Shown here: positions 26,200 to 40,860 of the stretch, piece by piece
Layout: each line of letters begins with the position of its first letter
Numbering within the stretch: position 1 is the stretch's first letter
Source of the DNA: Octopus sinensis
Lineage: Eukaryota
Direction of reading: 5' to 3'
Assembly (NCBI RefSeq): GCF_006345805.1
Contig: NC_042998.1
Span: 158,844,001-158,908,000, forward strand
DNA: 64,000 nt
Program-made: the position numbers and the translations under genes
Notes under the pieces: model-generated
What the model was told of the DNA's origin: nothing
The model's database searches: none
What the model saw: the letters and a program-made list of their open reading frames with translations, nothing else

Positions 26200-28160
26200 G
26201 TAAAGATTACTCTTGCCTCAAACGTATGAGTCCTCGAGCAGAGAAGCAGGTTTATTTCTCCTGTAGTCTAGCTACCTTTGTGATTTTTTGACGAATAATG
26301 TAAAGCTAGGAGCGATAAGGATTCTGGGAATTATATCCTTTGCTGTATCCAGAAAGTATTGTAGTCTCAATAACATGGACTTTGAAATTGTTAACAACTG
26401 ATCTTTTATTGCATAGGCAAGATGGATATGGGTTGCGAAAGAAGAGGATGGGTTTTCTTGTCGTACATCTCCTGAAGTTCTATTTAAATAGTCGTTCACT
26501 TGTTTTCGATCACTACCGTGTCTGCGTGTCAACACTGGGGAGCTGTTACAAAATATGCGTTGATAATATTGATGGCATTGTTCTTTCTAATGAATATTCC
26601 TATTTCAAATAGTTATCCGTGAATCTGGTATTTTTGAGAAACCTTTTTGAAGCTCATTTATCTTGGTTCATCAACTGATTATAGTGTTATACTGATAGAT
26701 CCTACGAAAATTCTTCCTGGTACAATATCTTTGACATTGACATTGCTTTGGTACCGCAAATAGTTTACAAATTGATCAAACAAATCATTTTCATGTAGGT
26801 GGGCTCACACATTAATGGATAAATGTAACTTTTCGTGTTTCTTCAAAGATTTAACAAATTCTTAACAAGTCCTATGTTCATTTACCCGTGTGCCACTTGG
26901 AATAACAGGCAATGTTATTCCAAGATGCCTAACAATAACAATATCTGAAATCTTCGTTTTGTTTCCTTCCATTTTGTTTCCTTGGATATCTTGCATCTTA
27001 CACACACTAAATGGTAGAATATCGTTATTAACAGTGGCATTACATTTTTCTCAATAGTAGTAAATGCAAAACTGAAAATTACGTCATTGTGACTAACATT
27101 TATATTGAGAATGTTCTTTTTTTATTGGAATCAGGTGCCTGATGTCTTCTTATAGGATTTGCCTGTAATTTTGCCATATCGCAAAATGGCCAACAGTAAT
27201 AGTGAGCTCCCACACTGTATTTTTATAAAGAAGTCTCGCTTAGAACATGCCCTTGTTCATGTGTCGCTGCGCCGCTGAATTTCACTATTTCATGTCTTGC
27301 AAGGGTTTTTGACAATAATCCTGTCGGCTTGGATGAACAATAAAAGACATTTGTCAAGGTTTCATAGTGAAAAATTACATGATGACCCTCTACTTTCTAT
27401 ATTTCTACTACACTATATTTTTGCGTCAGGTGTAGAAATCTGTATATAGGTAACGGTATCTTCCAAAAGTAATAAAAAATGAAGTTTTATTTTTTGTAAG
27501 TAAATGTATTCAATAAAATATATTCTTCATCCATTTTTTTAGGTAATCACTTGTGTATTAAAATGCTTCATTGCTTCAATAGGAACTGCGTCGATTCATG
27601 CGTTTCGTTTTTGAATTTGTTTTTGGAGAGTGTACATAGCTGCACCAGATCTCTTACATGCACAAATATCTAATTAACTTGACTAAGTGACAGAACATAA
27701 CATTGATATGTGTATCGTTTGTCAACAGCAGCTATAAATCATGGCCAATCGGCTGTTAATTTCAAGAACAGTCCATGTTCGTCTAGTAATTAAATATAGC
27801 ATTTAGTAAATTGTCTTCAGTAATTATCACTGCCTCTTGATTAGTAGCTTTTGTTCGTAATACTTGGAATTTTGATTTTTCATCAGACTCTTGTTGTCTG
27901 GTTATCCAATGTCTGATGGCATCAGCGATGAGTTGTGATTCTTGTTGTTTCTTGTTGTGCTTCATGATGTTGAGGTCAACACAGGGCCCTGTGCGGGACA
28001 TTGCTATCTAGTTTTTGTTGCCATTTTTAAATGTCTTGAAGAATCACAGATAAGGTGTTATAATGTTAATTTTTTTCTTCTGTTTTCTAGTATTACTGCC
28101 TTGAAAAAACCTGGCTTTGATGCAGATTTTAAAGTTCTGTCTTGAATATTTTTTATTTCT
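26200..28160 (-). mobile_element. Possible large, highly decayed DNA-transposon ORF
   Basis: Microsatellite-free 2 kb; frameshifted HDL/IAAVDKRYTYQCY near 27700-27745 resembles a DLxAAxxxYHxxC transposase motif. Confidence 0.25.
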
Positions 28161-28493
28161 TTTGTAAACTTGCGAAGCGACGGACCGAGTAACGCTTAAG
28201 GAATTTTAGCGAAGTAACCAAGACAGCAGGTTGAGAACTGTCTGTTTACGAAAAGTGATCATGATTAAGATAGAATATGAAACAGAGCAAAAAAATAAAT
28301 GAGGAGACCGCAGCGAGAGGCATGACAAGATATACCATCATACAGAAATAAAATTGAACGTAATGCAAGAATTGGTTAAAGTCAAAATGAGATTATATTA
28401 TCTCTTACCTTGTAGTCTTCTTGCTCACGAAATGTCAAGATATGAGCAGCAATAAAACAAAAAGACAGAGAGAAAGAGGCACGTGTGTGTGTA

Positions 28494-28539
<46 letters not shown>

Positions 28540-28832
28540 CGTACACGCATACATACGTGTAGAGAGAGAGAGGGAGGAAGAAAGAAAGAAGGAAAGAAAC
28601 AATGAAAGAAAGAAAGAGTGTGGCAAAAGATTTTCAGAACCAAATCAGAAGGGTTACAGACATGTCGTAGAGAAAGAAACATTATGCTAAAATCAGTTTA
28701 AATCAAAAATTAAATTGTATTAAATTGCCTCATAGATCAGTCTCGCGCACGAAATGTCTAATTTAGAAAATTTGAGAAACAGTAGTCTGTCCATGGGAAT
28801 GATAAGAGAGAACAAGGTATATATATATATAT

Positions 28833-28890
<58 letters not shown>

Positions 28891-28899
28891 CATATGTTC

Positions 28900-29105
28900 T
28901 TTTTTCTTTTATTTGTTTCAGTCATCATTTGACTGCGGCCATGCTGGACCACCGCACATTAGTCGAACAAATCGACCCTAGGACTTATTCCTTGTAAGCC
29001 TAGTTCTTATTCTATGGTTCTCTTATGCCGAACCGCTAGGTTACGGGAACGTAGTCACGCCACCATCAGTTGTCAAGCGATGGTGGGGGACAAACACAGA
29101 CACAC
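28900..29105 (-). mobile_element. OK-type SINE 3' half
   Basis: TTTCAGTCA..GACTGCGGCCATGCTGG...GTCAAGCGATGGTGGGG family sequence. Confidence 0.75.
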
Positions 29106-29194
29106 AAAACATACACACATTTATATATATATATACATACATATTTACATACATATCTATATATATATATGTATGTGTGTATGTATGTATATAC

Positions 29195-29225
<31 letters not shown>

Positions 29226-29739
29226 CACACACAGACAGACAGAAAGACAGAAACAGAGATACATAGATATATATAGATATAGTTATAGAAAGAGAGAGAG
29301 AGAGGGGGTAGAGAGAGTGATTAGAAAGTACAGAAATAAACTACGAAATTATTTGAATTATTTTAACGTAAAAATTAAATTATATTTAATTGTCTGTAAG
29401 CTTATAGTCTTCTTGATCACGAAACTTTTAAGTCGGGAGTCTGAAAACACTTTGTCTTTGAACGGTGCTGATAAGAGAAAATGTTTCAGAAAGAATTACA
29501 TTTAAGATATTGAACGAAAAGTCGTGTTAACGGACCGACAACGTGTATGCGTTTGACCTAGCAGTCGAATTTATCGCCAAAGGTCGAAAGATATAATTTA
29601 GAGAATCAATGATTACAGTTTTCTATATTTTTGTTAGCTAGTTGTTTGTTAGAATTTCTAGTTGTTTGTTAGAATTTAATTCAAACACATTGGCGCTCTT
29701 TAGTAATAATAATGGTTTCTGATCGAGTAAAGATGCCAG

Positions 29740-29920
29740 TAATTTTTTAAAGAAGGAGTTAGTCGACGCTATTCTGTACCTCAGTGGCAGTTTATTTTAT
29801 CGACCTTGGAAAGGTGAAAAGTAAACTCGACTTTGACGGGATCTGAAACCAGAGTCTAAAGAGGCAGAAGAAATACCGCATAGCATTTTGTCCAACACGA
29901 ACGATTTCGCCATCCTCCGC
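29740..29920 (-). mobile_element. Degenerate Nin-SINE
   Basis: TTATCGACCTTGGAAAGGTGAAAAGTAAACTCGAC core on plus strand. Confidence 0.55.
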
Positions 29921-29959
29921 ACTAACCCCAACAAGAGCAACAAATCGTAAAACAGCTCA

Positions 29960-30660
29960 AATCTAACCTACTTTGGGATCTATAGAATGCTTTGATTTAA
30001 AAAAACGATAGCAAGAATAGCTGGTACATGGCCAATACTGGAAAATTTGAATGGCACGGACATACTCGAAGAAAAGGCCCAGCGCTGACTAAGAAGCAGA
30101 GACTGAAGAGGTTTTTATATTGTGGAAGAGGACAAAACTTTCCCCATCAGAAATCACTAAAGATATATAATAAATCAAGATATTACTGAAAAATATGTGG
30201 AGGTGACAAAGAAACAACCACATTACTTCTTGTTGCACAGCCTTAGCCAAATAATAATACATTCACAGATATGGACAAGCTGCGACTTAGATACACTTGA
30301 AACTATCCCATTTCGCTGAAATACCAACAGGAGAGACGTAGTTTACATCAAAAAGATCACCGAGAATGGCAAATGAGGCAGTTTCTTGGATACACATAAA
30401 AATACACTTGGATACACATACAAAGGCTAACCGACCAGACAGTGTTGTCAAAGACGATCAAGAAAAGAAATGTCTTGTAATTGACATATCAGTTCCAACA
30501 GACGATTATGTATCTCTATAGTAGATGGAGAAATTATTCAAACATAAAGATCTAGAAATAGAGATAACTCGTATGAGGAGCCTGAAAATAGAAATAGTCT
30601 CTAAAATAACAAGTATTTTGTGGAGGATAAAAAATTATGCAGACGAAATAGCAAGTTCAC
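29960..30660 (+). mobile_element. R4/Dong-like LINE fragment (RLE domain)
   Basis: EAETE..; KANRPDSVVKDDQEKKCLVIDISVPTD; KHKDLEIEITRM. Confidence 0.75.
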
Positions 30661-31377
30661 ACTACCCAGCTCCCACTACATCTAGCTCATGTATCATCTT
30701 CTTGAAGTAAATGAAACGAACAGTTAATGGTATTAACTTATAAATCTTTACATACTGTAATGCTATAGAAATTTCACAAAATATATATTTATGCTTAATA
30801 TAATTACATGATGTTTACAGCCTTCAAGCAATGACCATATTGGCTGCAGTCCAGTTATACCAGTTAAAGAATATGAGTCTAAAAAGTATATGTACACGCA
30901 CACACACATAAAATCTCTTTTAGCGACTTGCCACATCCATCTCGGCAGCTCAAAATGCCCATAAATATCTGTCAGTGTTCCTTATTTAGCATTAGATATT
31001 GATATCACAATCTCCGTCTCCCCATCTATGTATTTGACAATGTGTTTCTCTGAGTCTCTCTCTCTCTCTCTCTCTCCCGCTTTCTCTCTCTCTCAATTTA
31101 TATATCTCGCTTTCTCTGTCTTTTTCTATCTGTCTTTTTGTCTTTATACCTAACTACCACTCCATACCTTTGTGTATCTATCTATATGACAGTCTGTCTG
31201 TCTGTTGTTCCGGTCGCTATTTATCTATTCATTTCACTTCCTTGTCGCGAAAGGAAGTGAGAACAAGTCACAACTCAGTCCATCGTTAGATTTCACATGC
31301 TTGCATACTCATATACATGACACATCTCACATATACCCACATAAATTTACCATATATATATATATATATATGTGTGT

Positions 31378-31425
<48 letters not shown>

Positions 31426-32384
31426 TGTGTGTGTATGTGTGTGTGTGTGTGTGTGTATAAGCAGAGAGACATATATACATATATATGTCCACATGTATAC
31501 TTACACATACATAATTATATATTCGAATTTGCAGATAGGAACACACGTATAAACATTTCTAATGATGTACATACGTAATAGGTGTCGATATCAGGAATAT
31601 TCATATTTATGAAAAACAGACAAAAAATGTGAATGAACAGATTTTCTATTTCATTTCTGTTCACTTTAGATAATGTCATAACATTATCTATATCGTTCGA
31701 GGCTGTCCACAACTTTTCCAGCATTTTCTATAAGATTTTATTCAGTATTACAGCTCTACACACACGCAATCATACACACATAAATGTATACACACACACA
31801 TATATATGCATGTATGTTAAAATATATATTTATACCTGCACATATACAGACGAACATACGTGCGTGTGTGTATGTGTGTGTGTGTGTGTGTGTGTCTGTG
31901 TCTGTGTGTGTGTGTGTGTGGTGTGTGTGTGTGTGTGTGTCTGTGTGTATAGAAATGAAGTCTTTGATTATCTTCAGTGTACTCATCGCATATTTTTTAC
32001 TGGCGGGAAAATTTATTGAGAGTGTATAAAAATCTGGGCAACTGGCTCCTTCATGCGTAACGCCTGAGTGCTGGTCCATAGACTGTCAGTATCGGTAAAA
32101 TATTATTTCCATACTATGCTTGGATGGATGCCGGAAATCTTTCAGAGGAAAGTCTGCGATGCATTTAGGGTTCTGATAAACCTTCATCTAAGAAAAAAAT
32201 GGCTGACTGAATGCTGTTCTTTGGTACAAACACAGACTGGAACAACAACGATTAGCGTAATATAAACGACAACTAAATCGATGTTTCAAAAACCAAAGTA
32301 GCAGCGTAGTGACTAAGCAGCGATTTCTAGTGATACACGCGTGACAAATTATCTCCCCGGAATGAAAATTGTAACTACGATGCA

Positions 32385-32530
32385 TCGGGAAAATGCTTTG
32401 CGATATTTATTCTGGTTTTTACATTCTGAGCTCATATTCTGCCGTGGTTATCTTTGCCTTTCATTCCTCCTTGGTCAATAAGATAAGGTACAAATAAAGT
32501 GCTGGGGCCCATTGTGTCTACTAAACACTC
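32385..32530 (+). mobile_element. Degenerate Nin-SINE
   Basis: TTCTGAGCTCATATTCTGCC..TTTGCCTTTCATTCC core. Confidence 0.55.
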
Positions 32531-34045
32531 ATTTCAAACTAATCATCATCATCACCACCATTAGAAACCTATGTTTCTGAAGTGATTACTTTAAGTTACA
32601 TTTTATCGATTATGAAAACGAATGAAGAAAGGACACAGCATGAGAATATATAAGAGAAACATTAACATAAATGAAAGCCTTTTGCAAATTTAAGGACATA
32701 TTAATGGATTCTTTTATATACTTCCATCCATGTTCATATCCACCAGTAAAAATAGATTATTACCCACAGTAAAAATGGTGCCATATTGAAAAATAACATC
32801 CAGAAATTCATCAAATCCAGAATTGCATCAACAACCATGTCTCACTTAATTGGTGATTAATCACATTTCAAGCTTTTTATGAATATTTTTGCTTATATAG
32901 TGTCACACTACTTTCTTCGTCAATCGCCTGAATAATATGTAATGTGAAATTCACAATAGCATTTTAAGAGGCTTCTGTTTCTAATAAAATATACAAACTC
33001 TGTTTTATATATTGATTCTGTATTTCGTATGCAAATAAAAATAAAGTTCTCAAATAACGCTTTGCACCTTTCCCGCTATATAATATAAATATATGTGTGG
33101 ATTTATCTGTGCGCATATGCATGTTTGTGTATATGTTTGCATATGCGTTTAAGTATATTATTCTCCAAATATTGTACATACATTAACGTACTTGGAACTC
33201 TGCGTTAGGGTTCAAAGAATAAGCAACAAATTACAAAATAACTCTATAACATGTACTGAGGGCGCTTTTCTTTCCTCAATACGTATAAAGATGTATATAT
33301 ATGCATACATTCATACGTGTGTATATATATATATATGTATATACGTGTATATTTATATATACATAAGTATATATATGTATATGTATGTATATGTAAATAT
33401 ATGCACACATACATTTATACATATATATGTGTGTGTGTGTGCGTGTTTATACTCATATATTCATATATATATTTATCTGTTTATATATGTATGCATATAT
33501 GTATGAATGTATGTATGTATGTATGTATGTATGTATGTATGTATGTATATGCATATGTGTATTTATGTATAATGGCAGTTATAGTTATTCCAGGAAGTAG
33601 TAGTGATGTATTCTGCGAAGGCGTAAATATTTTTTTTTTAAATGAGATAAAAATCACGCAAATCAGTAAGATTATGAGGCAATGGGGAGGCAAATCAATG
33701 AATATAAAGAGATTGAGACAAGCGAAAGCGCATGACTGTAAAAGTGTAGAAGTATAGAGCGAACAAAATAAAAACAAACAAGTGTACAATGATGGTTAAT
33801 ACGCCTAAGGAAAAAAAATTTAAATGAATTTAACGTTTGGATGATACCCTTTGTAAAAGAGATTAAAAAATTAAGAGAAAGGAAAAAAGAATACGATACT
33901 AAATTTAAGACATTTGTGTAGATGGCAGGTCAAAGGGAAAACACATATATGTGCGTGTATCAGTACATACATGTACGAATGAATGTGTGTGAATTTTTTC
34001 GTGTGCATTTATACATATAACAAGAGCTATAAATGTGTTCATGTT

Positions 34046-34077
<32 letters not shown>

Positions 34078-34091
34078 TATATAATATATAT

Positions 34092-34147
<56 letters not shown>

Positions 34148-34179
34148 CGTATGTATGTATGTATATATATATTTATATT

Positions 34180-34610
34180 CGGAAGAAGATTGTTATATCG
34201 GCTTTAATCTGGAAACTTTCAGACGAAGAGACCAATTTCGATATCAAATGGTAAATTCAAACGCTATATTACCGAATCTAACAAAATGTTTTATGTGTTC
34301 GATTGAAAAACCGTATCTATTAAAACACTTGAGAACCTCCAACAAATACATAAATTCTAGGAATGAGAAATTTTCTTAATGCCCGCATTTCAAAGTATAT
34401 ATCTTGTCGGAATTGAAAGGCAGACCACAGGACACTTAGTAAACGATTAACATCTGGTTTACGTCTACTTGGCATCGAACTGTTATAACGTTGTGTTCTT
34501 CCTTGTGTTCTTCCTTTTTATCTTCTTCTTTACTAGTGTCCATGGTTATCTGCTCCAAAGGCAACAGACAAACGGTCTTGCTTTCAGCTTGATAAATAGC
34601 AGAATAATTA
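34180..34610 (+). mobile_element. PLE 3' fragment (GIY-YIG C-terminus and 3' repeat)
   Basis: ISALIWKLSDEETNFDIKW / TKCFMCSIEK..INSRNEKFS*CPH. Confidence 0.55.
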
Positions 34611-34616
34611 TATATA

Positions 34617-34698
<82 letters not shown>

Positions 34699-34845
34699 CA
34701 TATATATAATATATATATATATACATATATATATATGTATGTATATATATATATATATGTGTGTGTGTATATGTATATATATGTATGTATATATGTATAT
34801 ATATGTATATATATATATATGTTATATATATATATGACATATATA

Positions 34846-34905
<60 letters not shown>

Positions 34906-34971
34906 TATATGCATATATACATATATGTACATACATATGTATGTACATATTTATGTGTACACATGCATATA

Positions 34972-35184
34972 TGGGTACTGGACGTCACAAAATGTAAACA
35001 ACATGAAATACGAAAAGAACATGAAACACGAAGACAATCCTGGGTGTGCGAAAAATGAGAGTAACAAATGGAAGACAAGACAAGTAACATAAAGAATGAC
35101 CCTTCATGACTGGTCGACTGTTCATCTACTCCACATTTCGAGCTATTCACGACAATATAAAGCTTCGAACAGCAGTTGCTCCCG
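34972..35184 (-). mobile_element. PLE-type repeat (family of 60046-60720 and 62640-62810)
   Basis: Shared AACAACATGAAATACGAAAA...GACCCTTCAT...CTACTCC..TTTCGAGC sequence. Confidence 0.6.
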
Positions 35185-36540
35185 CATACACACACACACA
35201 CACCTACGTACAAACATCACACACACACCTACATACATACATCACACACGTACACACACACACTTACATACATTCATACATACACCTACACACAGTCATA
35301 CCTTCACTCATACATACATACATACCTACACACACACACACCCATACATACATACACCTATACACACACGCCTACACACATATACGCACACACACATATA
35401 CTTACACACATGCACACACACATACATACATACATACACCCAAACACATACACACATACACACACACATACTTACATACTCCTATACGCACACACATACA
35501 CACAGACATACACACATACACACTCACACATACATACACACACACATACTTACACCACACTCGCCTGCACGCGCACACACATGCATGACACACACCCATA
35601 CACTCACACTCACATACGCACACACACATATACTTATACACATGCACACACACACATACACACGCACACACATACCTACACTCCCACACACATACATACG
35701 CACCTACATACACACACACACCCATACACACGCACACACACGCATACATACATACATTACATACGTACACACACACTTACATACACTCATACCCTCACCC
35801 ATACATACATACATACATACATACACACACACAAACATACACAGACACACACCCATACATACATACACACATACACCTATACACACACGCCTACAAACCT
35901 ACATACACACACATGCATACACACACACACATGTATGCACATACACACACATATACGCACATACATATATACTTACACACATGCACACACACACATACAT
36001 ACGCACACGCATGCAAGCATGCACACGCACACACCTACACGCATGTACGCATACATGCATACACACACACACGCACGTACACATACATACATACACACAC
36101 ACATACATACATACATACACACACACTTCCACACATACACACACACATACATACATACATACATACACCCATACACATACACACATACACACAGACATAC
36201 ACACATACACACTCACACATACATACACACACACACACACTTACTCACATACTCGCATGCACGCGCACACACATGCACATACACACACTTCCACACATAC
36301 ACACATATATACATACACACTCGCACACATACACACACACATACACACGGGCATACACCTATACACACACATACACACACACATACTTACATACTTTCAA
36401 TCGGACACACAGACACCCTGACATACACACATACACACTCACACATCCACACACACACACATACTTACACACACACTCGCAGGCGCGCGCACATACATGC
36501 ATGTGCGCGTTCGCGCACGCATACATACATGCATGCACCA
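35185..36540. repeat. 1.35-kb compound (CA/TA)-rich simple repeat
   Basis: Direct reading; produces the spurious His/Thr-rich 441- and 504-aa ORFs. Confidence 0.9.
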
Positions 36541-37089
36541 CGCCCGTGGGTTCCGACTAGATCTCGTGTTCGTACTGGGTCCAGCGTGTTCTTGGGTTTC
36601 TCTTACGCCTGTCACCGCGGGAGCATTTTCCCATCTTTCCGTCAGTTGCAGTTTGTTTCCTTGCATGCATATATATACACTCACATATAATACCCCTACC
36701 TTTTGTACACACACGCACACACATACATACACTCACTCCCACGCACTCACACACATACATTTGCATATATATATATACAATACACTTACACACACTTCAA
36801 ATTTACTTGCCATACATACAACAAACGCACACGGACACACACATACTACAACTAAACACACACACGGGACGTACATACGCACGCACACATTCCCTCCTTA
36901 CTCCTTTTACCACTGACCACTGACCTGCGACTGCTACGTCCACCACCTTTCGCCCTACGTACACACACTTCCACACAGACGCACGCACTAATATATACAC
37001 ATTTTTTTTATCTCGCACATCGTTACGGCCGCTGCCCGCTACTCGCCGTCGCCTTACACACACATACACACACGCACACGCACATACTC

Positions 37090-37406
37090 ACATACACACC
37101 TTCTTCTTCCCATTCCTCGAGTTGTTACCCACCTTCTTTTTCCGCTCTCCTGTCTTTGAAAACCTGTCCCCGCTCGTCTAAGACCTCAGGCCTTTCAGCA
37201 TGTTTACATCGTGAAAACCAGTCGCGTTTTTTTTCCCTCCGTCCGCCCGCCTCGGGATCTTTCTTTCTCTTATGTTTCCGACAAAGAGCTCCGCTCGAAA
37301 CATCATACCCTCCTTCTTCCCTTTTTCCTGAGCGCCTAATAATAATACTTTAATTGTTCCACCTCCTTGTGTTGTTGTTTTTTCTGTTTTCTCGTTTGGA
37401 TTAACC
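37090..37406 (+). mobile_element. PLE pseudo-LTR with decayed HHR
   Basis: CCGACAA-a-gagc(tcc)gctc-GAAA-catc at ~37278-37304; ends at (TA)n. Confidence 0.5.
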
Positions 37407-37423
37407 TTATATATATAATATAT

Positions 37424-37455
<32 letters not shown>

Positions 37456-37473
37456 ATTATATATATATATATG

Positions 37474-37522
<49 letters not shown>

Positions 37523-37526
<4 letters not shown>

Positions 37527-38051
37527 TGTCATCGAAAAGTGACTAAGGGTGCCGAGAGCATCTGCATTGCTAGGAGTAAAAGTTAGAGACTCTTTACCCA
37601 CAAAAAACACATTCTATTTAACTAATAGGGGAGACAACCTCCGCACCGCAAGCGAGGTGCATTAGATTAGCATGCTAATTTCGCACAGAAATTAATGCAC
37701 ATCAGTAATTCTTACTCCATAGCTGAACTTCCACCTGTCAGTATCTATAGAATTTAACACTGGAATAAGTAGCTGATTCTGCAAAATGGTAATGTGAAAA
37801 TTATAAAATAATTTAAGTGGCTAGACACTGATTCCTATGGTAAATTCTATAAATACTGACAGGCGAAAGTTCAGCATCACCACCCGCCATGAACTAAGCA
37901 TTATTGATAAGTATTAATTTCTTGCGGAGGGGATGTTTTCTCTTCTGTTAATTAAGTAGAACATGTGCTTTCTGTGGCTAAAGAGTCTCTAACTCCTATT
38001 TCTTGCAATGCCGGCGCTCCCTGCACCCTTGGTCACTTTTTAGTGACGGTG
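37523..38051. mobile_element. Foldback MITE with long imperfect TIRs
   Basis: TACTGTCATCGAAAAGTGACTAAGGGTGC.. pairs with ..GCACCCTTGGTCACTTTTTAGTGACGGTG; inverted similarity over ~230 bp. Confidence 0.75.
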
Positions 38052-38091
38052 AATTATTTTCTTTTTGGTCTAAGTTTACGTCTAGCCACCT

Positions 38092-38144
<53 letters not shown>

Positions 38145-38275
38145 GATGTATGCGTATATGTATTTCTATGTATGTGTGTATGTATCAATATATGGCTGCG
38201 TATTCGTGTATATATACATTCATACATACGTAAACACACACAACGCATATGTGTGTTTCTATCTCTAAATGTATA

Positions 38276-38347
<72 letters not shown>

Positions 38348-39194
38348 ATATATATACATATACATGTAGGTAGGGATAAAAATGCACAAATATACATAGA
38401 AATGTACACATAACCATACACAACGTATGGGTAGATATACTCATACGTATGTGTGTATGTGTGTATACACGAATAGATAACCATATATCGATACATATGC
38501 ACATACATACATATATACATACACACATACACATACACACACGCACACACCCACACACATACATATATTTATACCTCACACATTTTTACAGATATATAAC
38601 GAAACTGAATACAAAAACAAAAGAGGAAACGTGCAAGAAATCTCCAACACCACCACCGCCCAGACTGTTGCCACCCTCGCCATTAACACCTTCGTTATCA
38701 TAATTTTGAATATGAATAACCATGTTTTTCTTTTATAGAAAGAAGCAAAGAAAACCACAGAACAAAAATGTGAATGAGCAGATTTTATAATTTGTTTCTG
38801 TTCGCTTTAGATATTATCACGACATTTCGTAGCAGCGCAGCAATGTCGACCAAAACAGGTTCGGGCTCATTGAGTTCTGAGTTTACATCTTTTTGATGAC
38901 AGCCTTTTTTTTTTTTTTCATTTCTTCGTACTTAATGCCAAAAGCACCAGTTAAGTATTGAAATATCTATCTACCTATCTATCCATAAACTCCAAACTAC
39001 AAGGGAATAAATCATTGATTGCTAGCAAATTATGAATTTTATACCATATATTGAGTACATTTTTGCTTTGTTTGTAAACATAACAAATACATGTATGTAT
39101 GAATCTATGTACGCGCATATGTATATATATATATATATATATACATATATATATACATACATACATATATACATACATACATTAATACATACGT

Positions 39195-39311
39195 GTGACT
39201 GGACTTGATAGACGGAAACTGAAAGAAATTCCTTGTATGTGTGTATGTTGTGTGTGTGGTGTGTGTGTCGTGTGTGTGCTTGTGTTTGTGTGTGTGCTTG
39301 TGCGTGTACGT

Positions 39312-39354
<43 letters not shown>

Positions 39355-39545
39355 TTTGTGTCTGTCTCTGTTACATCATTACCGGTACTGGTGTTTTCGT
39401 CCCTATAACTATACAGATCGTCAACGAGCCGATAGAATAAGTACCAGGCTTAACAAAATTAAGTACTGGAGCCGATTTTTGCGACTAAAAATACTTCGAG
39501 GCATGGCCGCACTCAAATGACTGAAACAAGTAAAAGATAAAGGCT
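39195..39545 (+). mobile_element. OK-type SINE, 5'-truncated
   Basis: GACGGAAACTGAAAGAA, internal (GT)n, CATGGCCGCACTCAAATGACTGAAACAAG tail. Confidence 0.7.
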
Positions 39546-40744
39546 AAAAGATATCCATAGAATATGGTATCTTTTATCTCTAACAACTGGAAGTTGCTGT
39601 TTAATGACTTCGACTTCTCTCTTAATCGCTCCCTTTCCCACTCAGATCCTTTTTGCGGTTTCCACTTTTCTTCTTTCAGCAACGTCCTTCTTTAATCTAC
39701 CTCTTCGCTCTACTATGTTATTTACTGTTTGATGACTAACACTGAAAAATTGAGTTATTTTTCCATTGGACATCACGCATTGATAAAAGCCGATGACTTG
39801 CCCCGTGTAAGCTCATCGATATCTATTTCCTCCCAATAATTTTTATTACTGCATTTTATCAAAGTTACAATTTATCCAAAAACACAATTAAATTCATAAA
39901 TATAACTTACAAAGAAGAGAAAATATCTTTTATTAGAAAAAATATAATGGAAAATCAACAGGTACCTTAAACTGTTCGTAAAGCATTATATCCACATTCA
40001 TGCATACAGATACTTCATGCATAGATATTGTTTATGCATTGAATATGATACGTACATATCTGTTATATATATGATACGTACATATCTGTTATATTATGTT
40101 TTCCGTTGGAAAACACATTTAAATAAAACGGTTGCGAACCACTGTGAAAAAGTTCGGAACCACTGGTCTACATTATACATACATATGTCTATGCACATAT
40201 ACATGTATATTATGTATATATACATGTGTGTGAGTAGATACATATCATGCACAAGGGCACGCCGGCATACCCACACGCACCCACACACGCGCACACACAG
40301 TACTAGGGCAGGCCTTCTTGACATGTATAGAGAAATAGAAAACCTCTTTGGAGCCGAAACCTGGACAAGGAAGCAACTTCAAGATCATTTCGGTGGTAAA
40401 TATACCAGGAGTCTATGATGTTTCAAACATCTCACTGTGAGAACACAAGACTGCTTCTTTCATACTTAACAACAGATAATATCAAATGTAATATTTTGCA
40501 GATCTCTGCATCCTAATTGAGATTAGAGACACAATATGAAATTGAGGACCGAACAAAAATATTGAGCCACATGGATTCTTGGTGCAATACTGTAAAATGA
40601 ATTTAAGTTATAAACATACATGCACGTAAACGTATATATATATATATATATCCCCCACATATATATATAGGTATGCATGTATATATATATATATATATAT
40701 GCATGTATATATCTGCATATACATACATACGCTTATGTATGTAA

Positions 40745-40777
<33 letters not shown>

Positions 40778-40860
40778 AATTGTTAAACAAGACAGTAAAC
40801 ATTAAGACAAGGCAATCATCTCAAGTCGTATACAATATTATTATATAGGAAGATATTAAA

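Noticed and set aside
35096-36690. 441-aa and 504-aa His/Thr/Tyr-rich ORFs
   Set aside because: Translation of a stop-poor (CA/TA) simple repeat, open in several frames; no domain
40120-40170. hAT/Charlie-type terminus (GAACCACTG twice)
   Set aside because: No matching opposite end found; too short to call
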